Positions 19,812-30,981 are shown, counted from the first letter of the stretch. The stretch is 64,000 nucleotides of DNA from Crocinitomicaceae bacterium (GCA_044239425.1 JBIIBL010000003.1:3370-67369), one strand, 5' to 3'. The notes: a model not told the origin generated them from the sequence alone. Translations and numbers: made by a program.

Positions 19812-20714
19812 CTAGCGCAACGTCCGGAGTGGTTTCCAGTTGAATATTTTAGATAATACAAAGTATAGCCCTGTAAATACGAGCAATCCGGATACCAATT
19901 GAAAGAACAATGACCCAGGTCCTCTGTGATCGATAAAGAGTGCCTCGGTATGAAAAGCGTGCCAATCGCTCGAGACAACAAAGGCACCAAAAAGATTATT
20001 GAAGATATGAAAAGCCAACGCTAATTCTAAGCCGTCGTCTTGAACAGAAAGCAATGCTAGAAAAAGGCCCGCCATAAAATAATAGAGTAAAAGCCCTGGG
20101 CCAAGCACGGAGATTTCAGGATTTGAGATGTGCATGAAGGCAAACATCGCGGAGCTCAGAGCGATGCTCAGCCAAACGCTTTTGGTGCGCAAGTACAATC
20201 CTTGTAATGCATAGACTCTAAAAACCAGTTCCTCAATAGCTGCTTGAAAAGGAATAAGCAACATGGAAAACAAAAACAAAGGCCAAAAAATAGGTGCTTT
20301 GAAATTCCATTGTACCGATGCAGGCTGTCCGCTCCAGAGCACTTCTAGATAAGTAAACAAGCAAACGATGAAAAATAAAGCGCTACCGAATCCAAAAAAA
20401 CGTTTCCAACGAAACCGGGGCGCAGCAGTAAAAATTGAAGTTAGCGGACGTTTGTGTACATAGCGCAAATACAAAACAAAGCCCACAAAAGCCAAAAAGA
20501 ACGAGAGTAACTCTCCTACTAGTAAGCGTGTAGAGCCATAAGCTTCGATAAATGCCGGATTTTCAAGGTCGAGTTCAAGACCTGGCAGGCGATGGTTGGC
20601 ATCGAATAACAAGGGCAAGCCACCTAAAATAAAAAACAATACCAGCACGGCGATGCCGCCAATGTAAAGCCCTATTGAAGTGCGGCCCAGCTTTGCTAAG
20701 TCCAGGAATTTCAT
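19812..20714 (-). CDS. CPBP-family (CAAX/Abi) intramembrane glutamic metalloprotease
   Basis: 300 aa polytopic protein with motif 1 EELVFR, motif 2 FAFMH and motif 3 HIFNN. Its ATG shares one base with the dnaJ stop (TAATG). Confidence 0.82.
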   Translation of the reverse strand: MKFLDLAKLGRTSIGLYIGGIAVLVLFFILGGLPLLFDANHRLPGLELDLENPAFIEAYGSTRLLVGELLSFFLAFVGFVLYLRYVHKRPLTSIFTAAPRFRWKRFFGFGSALFFIVCLFTYLEVLWSGQPASVQWNFKAPIFWPLFLFSMLLIPFQAAIEELVFRVYALQGLYLRTKSVWLSIALSSAMFAFMHISNPEISVLGPGLLLYYFMAGLFLALLSVQDDGLELALAFHIFNNLFGAFVVSSDWHAFHTEALFIDHRGPGSLFFQLVSGLLVFTGLYFVLSKIFNWKPLRTLR

Positions 20715-21826
20715 TAATTAAAGATGTCGCGCATGCGGCTAAAGAAGCTTTTGTCTTTTTGGGCCTTGTGCGGGTCGAAATTTTCGGAATCGCGGAGCTT
20801 TTCTAGTATTTCGCGCTCTTCTTTGCTGACACTTGTTGGCGTGTAGATGTGCAAATGCACGAATAAATCACCGGTGCCGTAGCGCTGTACGCTAGGCAAA
20901 CCTTTGCCGCGCAAGCGGAGTACTTTGCCACTTTGCGTACCGGCATCCACTTTGATCTTGACCTTCCCGCCTACCGTTGGCACTTCGATAGAAGCCCCAA
21001 GAACTGCGTCACTGAAGTTGATAAATGCGTCGTAATGTAGGTTTTCGCCTTCTCGGCGGAGGTCGTCGTGGGCAATTTCTTCGATTACGACAATGAGGTC
21101 ACCAGCAGCACCATTGAAAGGCCCTGCGTTTCCTTTGCCGCGCACACTCAGCTGCATACCTTCTTCTACGCCTGCAGGAATGTCAATTTCGATGATTTCT
21201 TCTTGTCTTTTCAAGCCTTGTGCGTCGGCATCGGCTGGCTTGGACTCAACGGTCTTGCCTGCCCCCTGACACACATGACAAGCCGATTGGGTTTGCATAG
21301 CGCCCAAAAAGGTTTGTGCCACGCGGGTAATGCGGCCGGTGCCCTGACAAGTTGGGCAATTTTTGTAGGTCACACCTTCGGCCTGAACCAATTTGTTAAC
21401 CTTGATTTTTTTCTTGACTCCGCCTGAAATTTCTTCGAGGGTGAGTTTCATTTTAACGCGCAAATTGGTGCCTTTCACAACGCGTGAGCCACCGCGGCTG
21501 CCGCCAAAGCTGCCACCGCCAAAAGCACCACCAAAGATGTCGCCAAATTGCGAGAAGATGTCGTCCATGTTCATGCCACCGCCGCCAAAACCGCCGCCGC
21601 CCATTCCGGCGTGACCGAAACGATCGTATTGCGCTTTTTTCTCGGCGTTGCTCAGGACTTCATAAGCCTCGGCTGCTTCCTTGAATTTTTCTTCGGCACT
21701 GGCGTCGTCTGGGTTTTTGTCTGGGTGATACTTGAGGGCCAACTTGCGGTAGGCCTTCTTGATTTCAGACTCATCGGCGCCTTTGGAGACGCCCAGCACT
21801 TCGTAATAATCGCGTTTGTTACTCAT
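20714..21826 (-). CDS. dnaJ: molecular chaperone DnaJ
   Basis: J-domain (DYYEVLGV...HPDKNP) and a G/F-rich region. The zinc-finger region has only two CxxCxGxG motifs ([16 protein letters not shown]). The C-terminal substrate-binding domains are present. Confidence 0.93.
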   Translation of the reverse strand: MSNKRDYYEVLGVSKGADESEIKKAYRKLALKYHPDKNPDDASAEEKFKEAAEAYEVLSNAEKKAQYDRFGHAGMGGGGFGGGGMNMDDIFSQFGDIFGGAFGGGSFGGSRGGSRVVKGTNLRVKMKLTLEEISGGVKKKIKVNKLVQAEGVTYKNCPTCQGTGRITRVAQTFLGAMQTQSACHVCQGAGKTVESKPADADAQGLKRQEEIIEIDIPAGVEEGMQLSVRGKGNAGPFNGAAGDLIVVIEEIAHDDLRREGENLHYDAFINFSDAVLGASIEVPTVGGKVKIKVDAGTQSGKVLRLRGKGLPSVQRYGTGDLFVHLHIYTPTSVSKEEREILEKLRDSENFDPHKAQKDKSFFSRMRDIFN

Positions 21827-21833
21827 GTTTTAT

Positions 21834-22361
21834 TTATTGTCCAACAACAACTTTTGCAAATCGCAAAACTTTGTCGTTGAGGTAATAAACCTTTTCTACA
21901 TCTTCAATGACTTTACCTTTAAGAGCGTCCTCGGGCGCAGGGATATTCGCAATAGCCTCGTGCAAGTCGCTGTCGAACGGCAAACCTTTGGCTTCCATTG
22001 GATTCAAGCCTTTTGATTCTAGTATTCCCTTCAATTGATTAAAAATCAAGTTGAATCCTTCTTTAATTACCGCTAAATCTTCCAAATTTTCGTTGGTTGC
22101 AATGGCGCGTTCGAAGTTATCCAAAACGGGTAGCATAGAACTGATCACATCTTTACCCGCTGAACCGATTAAATTTAATTTTTCTTCGTTGGTGCGTCGA
22201 CGATAGTTATCGAACTCCGCATAAAGACGTACAAATTTATCTTTGTATTCATCGACCAATTGATCGCCATTGTTATCTTGGCTTTCTTGAGTTACTTGAT
22301 CTTCGTTCATTTCTTGACCTAGGTTTTGTTCTTCGTTAGGTAGCTCGTTCTCGACTGACAT
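21834..22361 (-). CDS. grpE: nucleotide exchange factor GrpE
   Basis: 175 aa with an acidic N-terminus, then RLYAEFDNYRRR and the C-terminal beta-domain. It lies 7 nt upstream of dnaJ. Confidence 0.9.
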   Translation of the reverse strand: MSVENELPNEEQNLGQEMNEDQVTQESQDNNGDQLVDEYKDKFVRLYAEFDNYRRRTNEEKLNLIGSAGKDVISSMLPVLDNFERAIATNENLEDLAVIKEGFNLIFNQLKGILESKGLNPMEAKGLPFDSDLHEAIANIPAPEDALKGKVIEDVEKVYYLNDKVLRFAKVVVGQ

Positions 22362-22441
22362 AATTACAAATTTATTCGTTGCTTTCAGCTTGACAAATAA
22401 TAGACCAAGCCCTATTTTGAGACAAGCTGGCAGTAATTTAC

Positions 22442-22455
22442 TGACACAAGTGTCA
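22442..22455. promoter_or_regulatory. 14-bp palindrome TGACAC-AA-GTGTCA in the grpE / traB-like divergent region
   Basis: Read directly from the sequence. It lies about 80 nt upstream of the grpE start codon and 65 nt upstream of the TraB/GumN gene. Confidence 0.3.
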
Positions 22456-22520
22456 AAAAAGCAGTTTTTCTAGAAGTTGCTGAAGTTTGTGTAATTTTGA
22501 ACTCTATAAGTTGAATAACC

Positions 22521-23363
22521 ATGAAAAAATCACTCCTCGTCTTCTTGCTCTTTACGAGCTTCTCTCAAGCGCAATTGTTGTATCAGATTACAGGAAATGG
22601 CCTTACAGAAGCTTCATTTCTTTACGGAACCATTCATATGCTTCCAAAAGAACAATTTGAGCTCAGCAACAGCCTTAAACGAGCATTCGATGCCTCTGCG
22701 ACCATTGCAATGGAAGTAGATTTAAACATGAGCGCCGCAGAGAAAATAGCAATTGCTCAAAAAGTATTGCTTCCCGAAGGCAAGACACTCAAAGATTTCA
22801 TGGCAGAACAAGACTACCTTCAACTCAAAATGTACTGCATGGACAGCCTTCAATGGAACGATGCTAAATTTGAACGCAGCAGCAAGCTCAAACCTATGTT
22901 CTTCTCGAGCGTCCTGATGCAGGAAAGCATGCGCAATATGGCTTCTTACGAAATGGAATTCAACAAGATGGCCAAGAAAAAGAACAAAAAAACAATGGGG
23001 CTTGAAACCATCGATTTTCAACTTGGCTTGTTTGACCAACTTCCGATGCAAACACAGGTTGATATGCTTAAAAAAGATTACAACAGCGACCTCAAAACTT
23101 TTGATACACTACTGACTTGCTACCTTCAAGAAGACCTTGAAAAACTCAATGTCCTTATGAATGCAGAAACAGCAGCCTACCCCGAATTCAATGAACTTCT
23201 TTTAATCAACAGAAACAAAAGCTGGATTGCGCCGATGGGCACTCAAATGCGCAAAGAAAGCACCTTTTTTGCTGTAGGCGCCGGCCATTTAGGTGGTTCG
23301 GAAGGCGTTGTTTCTTTATTGCGCAGTGCTGGCTATACCGTTACTGCCATCAAACAAAACTAA
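22521..23363 (+). CDS. TraB/GumN family protein, secreted
   Basis: 280 aa with a signal peptide, the early GTIHMLP motif typical of GumN/TraB proteins, and a C-terminal FAVGAGHL motif. Confidence 0.78.
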   Translation: MKKSLLVFLLFTSFSQAQLLYQITGNGLTEASFLYGTIHMLPKEQFELSNSLKRAFDASATIAMEVDLNMSAAEKIAIAQKVLLPEGKTLKDFMAEQDYLQLKMYCMDSLQWNDAKFERSSKLKPMFFSSVLMQESMRNMASYEMEFNKMAKKKNKKTMGLETIDFQLGLFDQLPMQTQVDMLKKDYNSDLKTFDTLLTCYLQEDLEKLNVLMNAETAAYPEFNELLLINRNKSWIAPMGTQMRKESTFFAVGAGHLGGSEGVVSLLRSAGYTVTAIKQN

Positions 23364-23364
23364 G

Positions 23365-24090
23365 ATGAATCTACAAGAACAATTTCAGCAAATCATCGAA
23401 TTTAGACGCAGTAACCGCAAGTTTGACCCCGAAGTTAAGGTCCCTGGCGAAGTCATAGAACGCAGTTTGCAGCGCGCTGTTCTTTCGCCAAACTCGAGCA
23501 ATATGCAGCTTTGGGAGTTCCATTGGGTTTCATCAGCGGCAGAAAAAGCAACAGTTGCCGAGTTGTGTTTGGGGCAATCAGCAGCGCGCACTGCCCAAGA
23601 ATTGGTGGTGTTTGTGACGCGGCCTGACAAATGGAAGCAGCGCAAAGACTGGCATTTAGCTCAGGTACAAAAAGAAATCAATGGCGAGCCAACAAAGGCT
23701 CAAAAAATGATGCTTCAATATTACGGTAAAGTCATGCCATTTTTATATGCCGCTGACCCATTTAGAATCTTAGCTGGACTGCGTTTGAGTGTGAGCTTCT
23801 TTGGCGGTCTATTCAAGCCTTTTTATCGCACAGGAGGCGCCTCAGCCGTAAGGGTTGTTACGCACAAATCGTGTGCGCTCGCCGCGCAAACTTTCATGCT
23901 TTCTATTGCCGCTGAAGGTTTTCATAGTTGTCCCTTAGAAGGCTTTGATGAAAAACGCTTAAAGCGACATTTAAGGTTGCCGCGCCGTGCAGAAATCAAT
24001 ATGGTCGTAGCCGTTGGGCTCGGTACCGAACCAGGTATTTGGGGCGAACGCGTTCGTGTGCCTTACCAAGAAGTAGTGGTCAAGCATTGA
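23365..24090 (+). CDS. nitroreductase family protein
   Basis: RRSNRKF FMN-binding motif near the N-terminus. I moved the start from 23293 to the ATG at 23365, which sits 1 nt after the upstream stop. The track N-terminal extension overlaps the TraB gene. Confidence 0.8.
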   Translation: MNLQEQFQQIIEFRRSNRKFDPEVKVPGEVIERSLQRAVLSPNSSNMQLWEFHWVSSAAEKATVAELCLGQSAARTAQELVVFVTRPDKWKQRKDWHLAQVQKEINGEPTKAQKMMLQYYGKVMPFLYAADPFRILAGLRLSVSFFGGLFKPFYRTGGASAVRVVTHKSCALAAQTFMLSIAAEGFHSCPLEGFDEKRLKRHLRLPRRAEINMVVAVGLGTEPGIWGERVRVPYQEVVVKH

Positions 24091-24604
24091 GGTAGTTTCG
24101 AATACCAATTTTAAGTGCCGGTTTTAACGCTCCAAGGCCATGTATCAATTCAATTTGAGCCCTAACTTCCGGGTCTAGTTCTGGATATTTTTTAACTATT
24201 CTTTTGAGGTGATAAAGCGCGTAGACCCGGTTAGCAACCTTCAAATTGTGGTCCTGAAAAATAGAGAAATAAAGCTCCAGTAAGTTTCCTTCGTTTTGAC
24301 GACGCAATGGCAAATGCAGCAAGACTACTAACAAACACCGTTGAATGTCGTGCTTGGTTGTTTGCAGCAAACCCTCCTCTAATTGAGGTTGTAATTTATA
24401 GAGCAATTGAGGCTTGGCCTTGGCAATGTGCACGAGCAGCCAAGCGCTATACGCCGGTACAGGATGTTTTTTATCTGAAACTGCGAGTTGAATCAAGAGA
24501 ATAATTGCCTCTGGATTTTCCAAGAAAAATGAATGAAAAGCAGTAAAATGAGGCGTTTTAGCGCGCGCTAAAATCAGCTCTTCGATTTCACTGAGCTCCA
24601 ACAT
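24080..24604 (-). CDS. hypothetical all-helical protein (HEAT/ARM-like?)
   Basis: 174 aa and Leu-rich with helical periodicity. Its start shares one base with the clpC stop (TAATG). It is the only long ORF in this interval. Confidence 0.55.
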   Translation of the reverse strand: MLELSEIEELILARAKTPHFTAFHSFFLENPEAIILLIQLAVSDKKHPVPAYSAWLLVHIAKAKPQLLYKLQPQLEEGLLQTTKHDIQRCLLVVLLHLPLRRQNEGNLLELYFSIFQDHNLKVANRVYALYHLKRIVKKYPELDPEVRAQIELIHGLGALKPALKIGIRNYLNA

Positions 24605-27138
24605 TACTCTGCTTTAGGATCTGCTTTCTTTTTAGTCGGCTTCGCTTTGTCGATGCTTAATTTCAGTACATCTTGTCCGGTTTCAAAATCGAGAATAATG
24701 GTGTCCCCTTCTTGCAAATTAGAATTGATGATTTCTTCGGCAAGTGGGTCTTCCATGTATTTTTGAATGGCTCTTTTGAGCGGACGCGCACCGAATTTTT
24801 CGTCGTAGCCTCTTTCGGCAATGAAATCTTTGGCAGCGGAGGTGCAGCTCACGTGGTAGCCAAGGTTGCCAATGCGCAACAAAAGCTTTTCGAGTTCGAT
24901 GTCGATGATGAGGTGGATGTCTTCGCGCTTGAGTGACTTGAACATGATCATGTCGTCAACGCGGTTCAGGAATTCGGGAGAAAACGCTTTGCGCAAGGCA
25001 TTTTGAACCACGGAAAGTGCATTTTGTTCTTGGGCCTCTTGCTGTGCTTTGGTACCAAAACCCATGCCGGTTCCGAAGTCGGCGAGCTGGCGCGCACCAA
25101 TATTGGAGGTCATGATGAGAATGGTGTTTTTGAAGTCGATTTTGCGCCCTAAACCATCGGTCATGTGGCCGTCGTCGAGTACTTGCAACAACAAATTGAA
25201 GACATCGGGATGCGCCTTTTCGATTTCGTCTAATAAGACAATTGCATAAGGCTTGCGGCGTACTTTTTCGGTGAGTTGACCTCCTTCTTCATAGCCGACG
25301 TATCCTGGAGGGGCGCCTACTAGGCGAGAAATCGAGAATTTCTCCATGTACTCGGACATGTCTACGCGGATGAGTGCATCGTCAGAATCAAAGAGGTTTT
25401 TGGCAAGTATTTTGGCGAGTTGGGTTTTACCCACCCCTGTTGGGCCTAAGAAAAAGAATGAACCAATTGGTTTGTTAGGATCTTTTAGACCGGCGCGGTT
25501 GCGCTGAATGGCGCGCACTACTTTTGCTACGGCTTCGTCTTGTCCGATTACCTTTCCGCGGATTTGCTCGGCCATTTTGACGAGCTTTCCGAGTTCTGAC
25601 TCAGAAATTTTGGTGACCGGCACACCGCTCATCATGGAAACAACCTCAGCGACGTTTTCTTCAGTGACCACCACGCGGTTATTTTTTGCTTCTTCTTCCC
25701 ATTTGGTTTTGGCTGCTTCGAGGTCTTCTTGCAACTTGCGTTCGGCATCGCGGAGTTCGGCGGCCTTTTCGTATTGTTGAGTGCGAATCACTTCTGCTTT
25801 TTGACCTTTCAAGCCTTCTATAAGCCCCTCGATATCGGTGATTTCTTTAGGTACGTGCAAATTGGTAATATGTACCCTTGAACCGACTTCGTCTAGTGCG
25901 TCGATCGCTTTGTCTGGCAAGTGGCGGTCAGTGATGTAGCGTTCGGTCAGACGCACACAGGCTGCAATGGCTTCATCGGTGTAGCGCACGCTGTGGTGAT
26001 CTTCGTAGCGTTCCTTGATGTTGTTGAGGATTTGAATGGTTTCGTCTACGGAAGTAGGCTCGATGATGACTTTTTGAAAGCGACGCTCCAAAGCACCGTC
26101 TTTTTCGATGTACTGGCGGTATTCATCGAGGGTGGTGGCGCCAATTGCTTGCATTTCGCCTCTAGCGAGTGCTGGCTTGAACATATTGGAAGCATCTAGC
26201 GAACCGCTTGCGCCACCCGCACCAATAATCGTGTGGATTTCATCGATGAATAGAATGATGTCTGGGTTCTTTTCGATTTCTTGCATGACGGCTTTCATGC
26301 GCTCTTCGAACTGACCTCTGTATTTGGTGCCAGCAACTAAAGAAGCTAAGTCTAGCGACACGATACGTTTGTTGAAAAGAATGCGCGAGACTTTGCGCTG
26401 CACAATGCGCAAGGCCAAGCCTTCGGCAATGGCAGACTTTCCTACACCTGGCTCACCAATTAAAATGGGGTTGTTCTTCTTGCGGCGCGACAAAATTTGA
26501 CTCACGCGTTCGATTTCTTTTTCGCGGCCCACAATAGGGTCGAGACGGCCGAGCTCGGCCATTTTGGTAAGGTCGCGTCCGAAGTTGTCGAGGACCGGCG
26601 TTTTGGATTTAGGATCTGCGCTTTTGCGCTGCGCTTGACCGAAGTTTTCTTCGCCTTCTTCTTGGCCTGAACCCGGAAATTCGGCGCGTGGTTGTTGTTT
26701 GTCTTGTAACATAAGTTCGTATTCTTCTCTGGCATTGGCGTACATGACACCGTATTTATTGAGTACTTGGCACGCGACAGCGTCTTCGTAGCGCAAGATG
26801 GTCAGTAAAAGGTGTTCTGTGCCGATGATGTTTTGTTTGAATTCTTTGGCTTCTAGGTAAGATTGCTTGATGATGTTTTCAGCTTGTTTCAATAAAGGAA
26901 CATTGTGATTGACGAGCTCGCGCACTGCACTTTTGGCAAGGATTTTCTCGATTTCGTCTTTGAGCTGCACTAAATCGATGTTGAATTCTTTGAGGATGCG
27001 AATAGCCGTGCCTTCGTTGAGGCGAATGAGACCCAACAACAAATGCTCTGCACCGAGAAACTCATTGGACAAGCGCACAGCTTCATCTCGGCTGTAGTTG
27101 ATCATGTCTTTGACGCGTGGAGAAAATTTGGCTTCCAT
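24604..27138 (-). CDS. clpC: ATP-dependent Clp protease ATP-binding subunit, ClpC-type
   Basis: 844 aa with double Clp_N repeats and two AAA+ modules ([17 protein letters not shown]). A short UVR-like linker ([17 protein letters not shown]) replaces the long ClpB M-domain. Confidence 0.9.
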   Translation of the reverse strand: MEAKFSPRVKDMINYSRDEAVRLSNEFLGAEHLLLGLIRLNEGTAIRILKEFNIDLVQLKDEIEKILAKSAVRELVNHNVPLLKQAENIIKQSYLEAKEFKQNIIGTEHLLLTILRYEDAVACQVLNKYGVMYANAREEYELMLQDKQQPRAEFPGSGQEEGEENFGQAQRKSADPKSKTPVLDNFGRDLTKMAELGRLDPIVGREKEIERVSQILSRRKKNNPILIGEPGVGKSAIAEGLALRIVQRKVSRILFNKRIVSLDLASLVAGTKYRGQFEERMKAVMQEIEKNPDIILFIDEIHTIIGAGGASGSLDASNMFKPALARGEMQAIGATTLDEYRQYIEKDGALERRFQKVIIEPTSVDETIQILNNIKERYEDHHSVRYTDEAIAACVRLTERYITDRHLPDKAIDALDEVGSRVHITNLHVPKEITDIEGLIEGLKGQKAEVIRTQQYEKAAELRDAERKLQEDLEAAKTKWEEEAKNNRVVVTEENVAEVVSMMSGVPVTKISESELGKLVKMAEQIRGKVIGQDEAVAKVVRAIQRNRAGLKDPNKPIGSFFFLGPTGVGKTQLAKILAKNLFDSDDALIRVDMSEYMEKFSISRLVGAPPGYVGYEEGGQLTEKVRRKPYAIVLLDEIEKAHPDVFNLLLQVLDDGHMTDGLGRKIDFKNTILIMTSNIGARQLADFGTGMGFGTKAQQEAQEQNALSVVQNALRKAFSPEFLNRVDDMIMFKSLKREDIHLIIDIELEKLLLRIGNLGYHVSCTSAAKDFIAERGYDEKFGARPLKRAIQKYMEDPLAEEIINSNLQEGDTIILDFETGQDVLKLSIDKAKPTKKKADPKAE

Positions 27139-27311
27139 TATTTACGATTGCTTGTTACAAATATAACTTTTATCTCTGCATGACGTCCGGTTTTATTCAC
27201 AATTTATCGACGCATTTTGTTAGTAAAAAATAGTAAATGCAAGCCGCAGGGGGCTTCATTTTATTAATTTTGAGACGCTAATTAATTTAACGCATAGACT
27301 AACTCAAAAAT

Positions 27312-29849
27312 ATGGCTGAAGGCGAAAAAATCATTCAGATCAACATCGAAGATGAAATGAAATCAGCATACATCGATTATTCGATGTCTGTCATTGTCTC
27401 ACGTGCACTTCCCGACGTACGCGATGGCTTTAAACCCGTACACCGCAGGGTACTTTACGGCATGCAAGATCTCGGCGTATTCTCCAATCGTCCTCACAAG
27501 AAATCTGCAAGAATAGTCGGTGAAGTACTTGGAAAATATCACCCGCACGGCGACAGCTCTGTTTACGACACCATGGTGCGCATGGCCCAGCCTTGGTCTT
27601 TGCGTTATCCACTTGTCGACGGTCAGGGTAACTTTGGCTCGGTAGATGGCGACAGCCCTGCTGCCATGCGTTATACCGAAGCCCGTTTGCGCAAAATTGC
27701 CGAAGAAATGCTCGACGACCTCGAGAAAGAAACCGTCGATTTCCGACCTAACTTCGACGACTCCCTTCAAGAGCCAAGCGTTTTGCCAACCAAAATCCCT
27801 AACCTATTGGTCAATGGTGCTGCTGGTATCGCCGTTGGTATGGCTACTAACATGGCCCCACACAACCTCACCGAAGTTGTGGACGGTACCATCGCCTACA
27901 TCGAAAACCGCGATATCACCCCAGAAGAATTACTCAACTATATCAAAGCGCCAGATTTCCCTACAGGCGGTATCATTTACGGTTACGAAGGCGTACGCGA
28001 TGCTTTCCTTACAGGGCGTGGCCGCGTTGTGATCCGCGGAAAAGCGGAAATCGAAGAAGAAAACGGCCGCGAACAAATCATCGTTACAGAAATCCCTTAT
28101 CAGGTCAACAAAGCCGAAATGATCAAAAAGATCGCTGACTTAGTCAACGACAAAAAGATCGAAGGTATTTCCGACTTGCGCGATGAATCTGACCGCAACG
28201 GGATGCGCATTGTGTTTGAAATCAAACGCGACGCCATCGCCAACGTAGTCCTTAACAAGCTTTATAAGTTTACCCAACTTCAAACTTCTTTCTCTGTCAA
28301 CAACATTTGTTTGGTAGATGGCCGCCCACGCCTTTTGAACGTACGCGACCTCATCCAAGAATTTGTAGAGTTCCGCCATGAAGTCGTGATTCGCCGTACG
28401 CGCTACGACCTTCGCAAAGCAGAAGAGCGCGCCCACATTCTCGAAGGACTCATCATTGCTTCAGACAACATCGACGAAGTCATTGAAATCATCAAAACAT
28501 CCTCGAGCCCAGACGACGCCCGCGACCGTTTGGCAACTCGTTTTGGCTTGTCCGACATCCAAACCCGCGCCATCGTCGACATGCGCTTGCGCCAACTCAC
28601 CGGCCTAGAGCAAGACAAACTTCGCGCAGAATACGACGAGCTCATGAAGCTCATCGCCGACCTCAAAGACATCCTCGACAAAGAAGAGCGTCGCATGCAA
28701 ATCATCAAAGATGAATTACTCGAAGTACGTGCAAAATACGGCGACGAACGCCGCTCATCTATCGAATACAGCGCAAGCGAAATGCGCATGGAAGACCTCA
28801 TCGCCGACGAAGAAGTTGTTGTTACCATCTCGCACGCTGGCTACATCAAGCGCACCAACTTGGCCGAATATAAAGTGCAAAACCGCGGCGGTATGGGCTC
28901 CAAAGGCTCCGCTACCCGCGACCAAGACTTCCTCGAGCATCTTTTTGTTGCCACAAACCACAACTACCTCCTCATCTTCACCGAAAAAGGACGTTGTTTC
29001 TGGATGCGTGTCTACGAAATTCCGGAAGGCAACAAAACCTCTAAAGGGCGCGCCATCCAAAACCTCATCAACATCCCTGGCGACGACAAAGTCAAAGCCT
29101 ACGTCAAAGTCCTCGACCTCACCGACAAAGACTACGTAGAAAACAACTTCATCGTCATGTGCACCAAACAAGGTGTCATTAAGAAAACTTCCCTCGAAGC
29201 TTATTCTCGTCCGCGCAGCAATGGGATCAACGCCATTGGCATCCGCGACAACGACGAACTACTCGAGGCCAAACTCACCAACGGCAGCAACGAAATCGTA
29301 TTGGCAACCAGCGAAGGTCGCGCCATTCGTTTCAACGAAGCCACTGTTCGCCCAATGGGCCGAAACGCCTCTGGTGTGCGCGGTGTCAGCCTCACCTCTC
29401 CTACCGATGTCGTGATTGGCATGATCTGCGTAGAAGACATCTTCTCTACTATTTTAGTGGTTTCAGAAAAAGGCTATGGCAAACGCACCTTCCTCAACGA
29501 CCCAGACGACAAAGAACCCGTTTACCGCATCACCAACCGCGGTGGCAAAGGTGTCAAAACCCTCAATATCACCGAGAAAACAGGCAAACTTCTTTCGATT
29601 CAAAATGTCTTCGACGAAGACGACCTCATGATCATCACCAAATCTGGCGTCACCATCCGCATGCACATTGACACCATCCGTACCATGGGCCGCGCAGCTC
29701 AAGGCGTGAAACTCATCAACCTCAGGTCTAATGCCGAAATTGCAGCCATTGCTCGCGTACCACGCACCGAAGACGAAGACGAAACAGATGTAATTGAAGG
29801 TGTAGAAAATGGCACGGAAATTGAAAACAACGAAGCCCAAAGCGAATAA
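27312..29849 (+). CDS. gyrA: DNA gyrase subunit A
   Basis: 845 aa with the active-site region [10 protein letters not shown], the QRDR-type segment [10 protein letters not shown], a beta-pinwheel CTD and an acidic C-terminal tail. Confidence 0.97.
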   Translation: MAEGEKIIQINIEDEMKSAYIDYSMSVIVSRALPDVRDGFKPVHRRVLYGMQDLGVFSNRPHKKSARIVGEVLGKYHPHGDSSVYDTMVRMAQPWSLRYPLVDGQGNFGSVDGDSPAAMRYTEARLRKIAEEMLDDLEKETVDFRPNFDDSLQEPSVLPTKIPNLLVNGAAGIAVGMATNMAPHNLTEVVDGTIAYIENRDITPEELLNYIKAPDFPTGGIIYGYEGVRDAFLTGRGRVVIRGKAEIEEENGREQIIVTEIPYQVNKAEMIKKIADLVNDKKIEGISDLRDESDRNGMRIVFEIKRDAIANVVLNKLYKFTQLQTSFSVNNICLVDGRPRLLNVRDLIQEFVEFRHEVVIRRTRYDLRKAEERAHILEGLIIASDNIDEVIEIIKTSSSPDDARDRLATRFGLSDIQTRAIVDMRLRQLTGLEQDKLRAEYDELMKLIADLKDILDKEERRMQIIKDELLEVRAKYGDERRSSIEYSASEMRMEDLIADEEVVVTISHAGYIKRTNLAEYKVQNRGGMGSKGSATRDQDFLEHLFVATNHNYLLIFTEKGRCFWMRVYEIPEGNKTSKGRAIQNLINIPGDDKVKAYVKVLDLTDKDYVENNFIVMCTKQGVIKKTSLEAYSRPRSNGINAIGIRDNDELLEAKLTNGSNEIVLATSEGRAIRFNEATVRPMGRNASGVRGVSLTSPTDVVIGMICVEDIFSTILVVSEKGYGKRTFLNDPDDKEPVYRITNRGGKGVKTLNITEKTGKLLSIQNVFDEDDLMIITKSGVTIRMHIDTIRTMGRAAQGVKLINLRSNAEIAAIARVPRTEDEDETDVIEGVENGTEIENNEAQSE

Positions 29850-29859
29850 AATTTAAACC

Positions 29860-30981
29860 ATGAAAAAACAACTCCTCCTAGCTGGTCTGAGTCTTGTCCT
29901 AAGCACAGCTACTTTTGCCCAAAAGAAGAACGTCACTGACGCCATCCTCTTGATGCGCAAATACAACCCAATGGGTGATGTCGCAGCCAACAAAAAAACA
30001 GTCACTGAAGCCAAAAACTTCATCGACCTCGCTGCTGTTAACGCGGAAACCGCCGAAGACCTCAAAATGCACCTTTACCGAGGCGAAATCTATTATTGCC
30101 TTAACGAAATTGGCAATATTGAGTCCGCTACTTCAGGTGCTCCACAAGACGCTTCCTCTATTAACGCCAATAAAGAGGTAGCTGTGGCGTCGTTTAAAAA
30201 AGTCCTCGACGACCCTAAAAAAGCCTGGACTACAGACGCGCAAAGCTTCATCAATAGCCGTGTCGACTTCATGTTTAACCAAGGGATCATCGCCTACAAC
30301 GCCAAAAAATACGTCGATGCTGCCAATGCTTTCATGGCCGCAAACGAAATCAAATCCTATTTAGGTGAAAGCTTCAAAGATGCAGAGGTCAACACTTCCT
30401 TGGCTGCCAACTACGCCGTAGAAGACTTCCTTGCCGCCAAAAAATACGACGAAGCTTTGTCTTTTGCCATAGGTATTTCTGAGCAAATGCCGCAAAACAT
30501 CGACATCCTCATCAGTATTGTCAATATCAACTTGCAAAAAGGCGATGTTGCAGCGACCGAAACCTACATCAATAAAGCTTTGGCTTTAGACCCACTCAAC
30601 AAGCAGCTTTATTATGTACTTGGAACCAGCTACATGGACAAAAAGGAAAACGATAAAGCGACAATTGCGCTCAAAAAAGCACTAGAAATCGACCCAGCCT
30701 ACAACGAAGCGCTATACCAATTAGGTGCACACCTTTATAACCTCGCTGTAGAAAAACGCAACGCTACCGTAGAGCTCGATTACAAAGATCCAAAAGCTGC
30801 AAAATTAGAAGCTGAAGCCATGGATCTTTTCAAACAAGCTTTAGAGCCTTTAGAAAAATACGTTTCTCAAAACGCCGATGACAAAGCCATCCTCGATATC
30901 CTTTACAAAACCAACATGAAGTTGGGTAACATCGAAAAAGCAAAAGAATACAAAACAAGATTAGACGCACTAAAAGGCTAA
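29860..30981 (+). CDS. tetratricopeptide-repeat protein, secreted
   Basis: 373 aa with a signal peptide ending ATFAQ and several TPR-like 34-aa helical repeats (for example ALEIDPAYNEALYQLG). Confidence 0.75.
   Translation: MKKQLLLAGLSLVLSTATFAQKKNVTDAILLMRKYNPMGDVAANKKTVTEAKNFIDLAAVNAETAEDLKMHLYRGEIYYCLNEIGNIESATSGAPQDASSINANKEVAVASFKKVLDDPKKAWTTDAQSFINSRVDFMFNQGIIAYNAKKYVDAANAFMAANEIKSYLGESFKDAEVNTSLAANYAVEDFLAAKKYDEALSFAIGISEQMPQNIDILISIVNINLQKGDVAATETYINKALALDPLNKQLYYVLGTSYMDKKENDKATIALKKALEIDPAYNEALYQLGAHLYNLAVEKRNATVELDYKDPKAAKLEAEAMDLFKQALEPLEKYVSQNADDKAILDILYKTNMKLGNIEKAKEYKTRLDALKG

Noticed and set aside
21393-21880. Pro-rich and Arg/His-rich plus-strand ORFs (for example [11 protein letters not shown]) opposite dnaJ.
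   Set aside because: They are the antisense of the Gly/Phe-rich region of dnaJ (GGN codons read as NCC = Pro), which is an artefact.
27181-27275. A 17-codon mini-ORF (MTSGFIHNLSTHFVSKK) followed by a 5-bp hairpin AAGCC/GGCTT and a T-rich tract upstream of gyrA. A possible leader or attenuator, plus a TAATTTTG -7-like element at 27265-27272.
   Set aside because: The stem is only 5 bp with a 6-nt loop, no alternative antiterminator is evident, no -33 TTG lies at the right distance, and gyrA is not known to use peptide-leader attenuation.
28403-29171. Several 138-142-aa alternative-frame ORFs within gyrA (Ser/Met/Arg-rich or Thr/Ser/Lys-rich).
   Set aside because: They are low-complexity translations of off-frames of a highly conserved gene, and gyrA motifs are unambiguous in the annotated frame.
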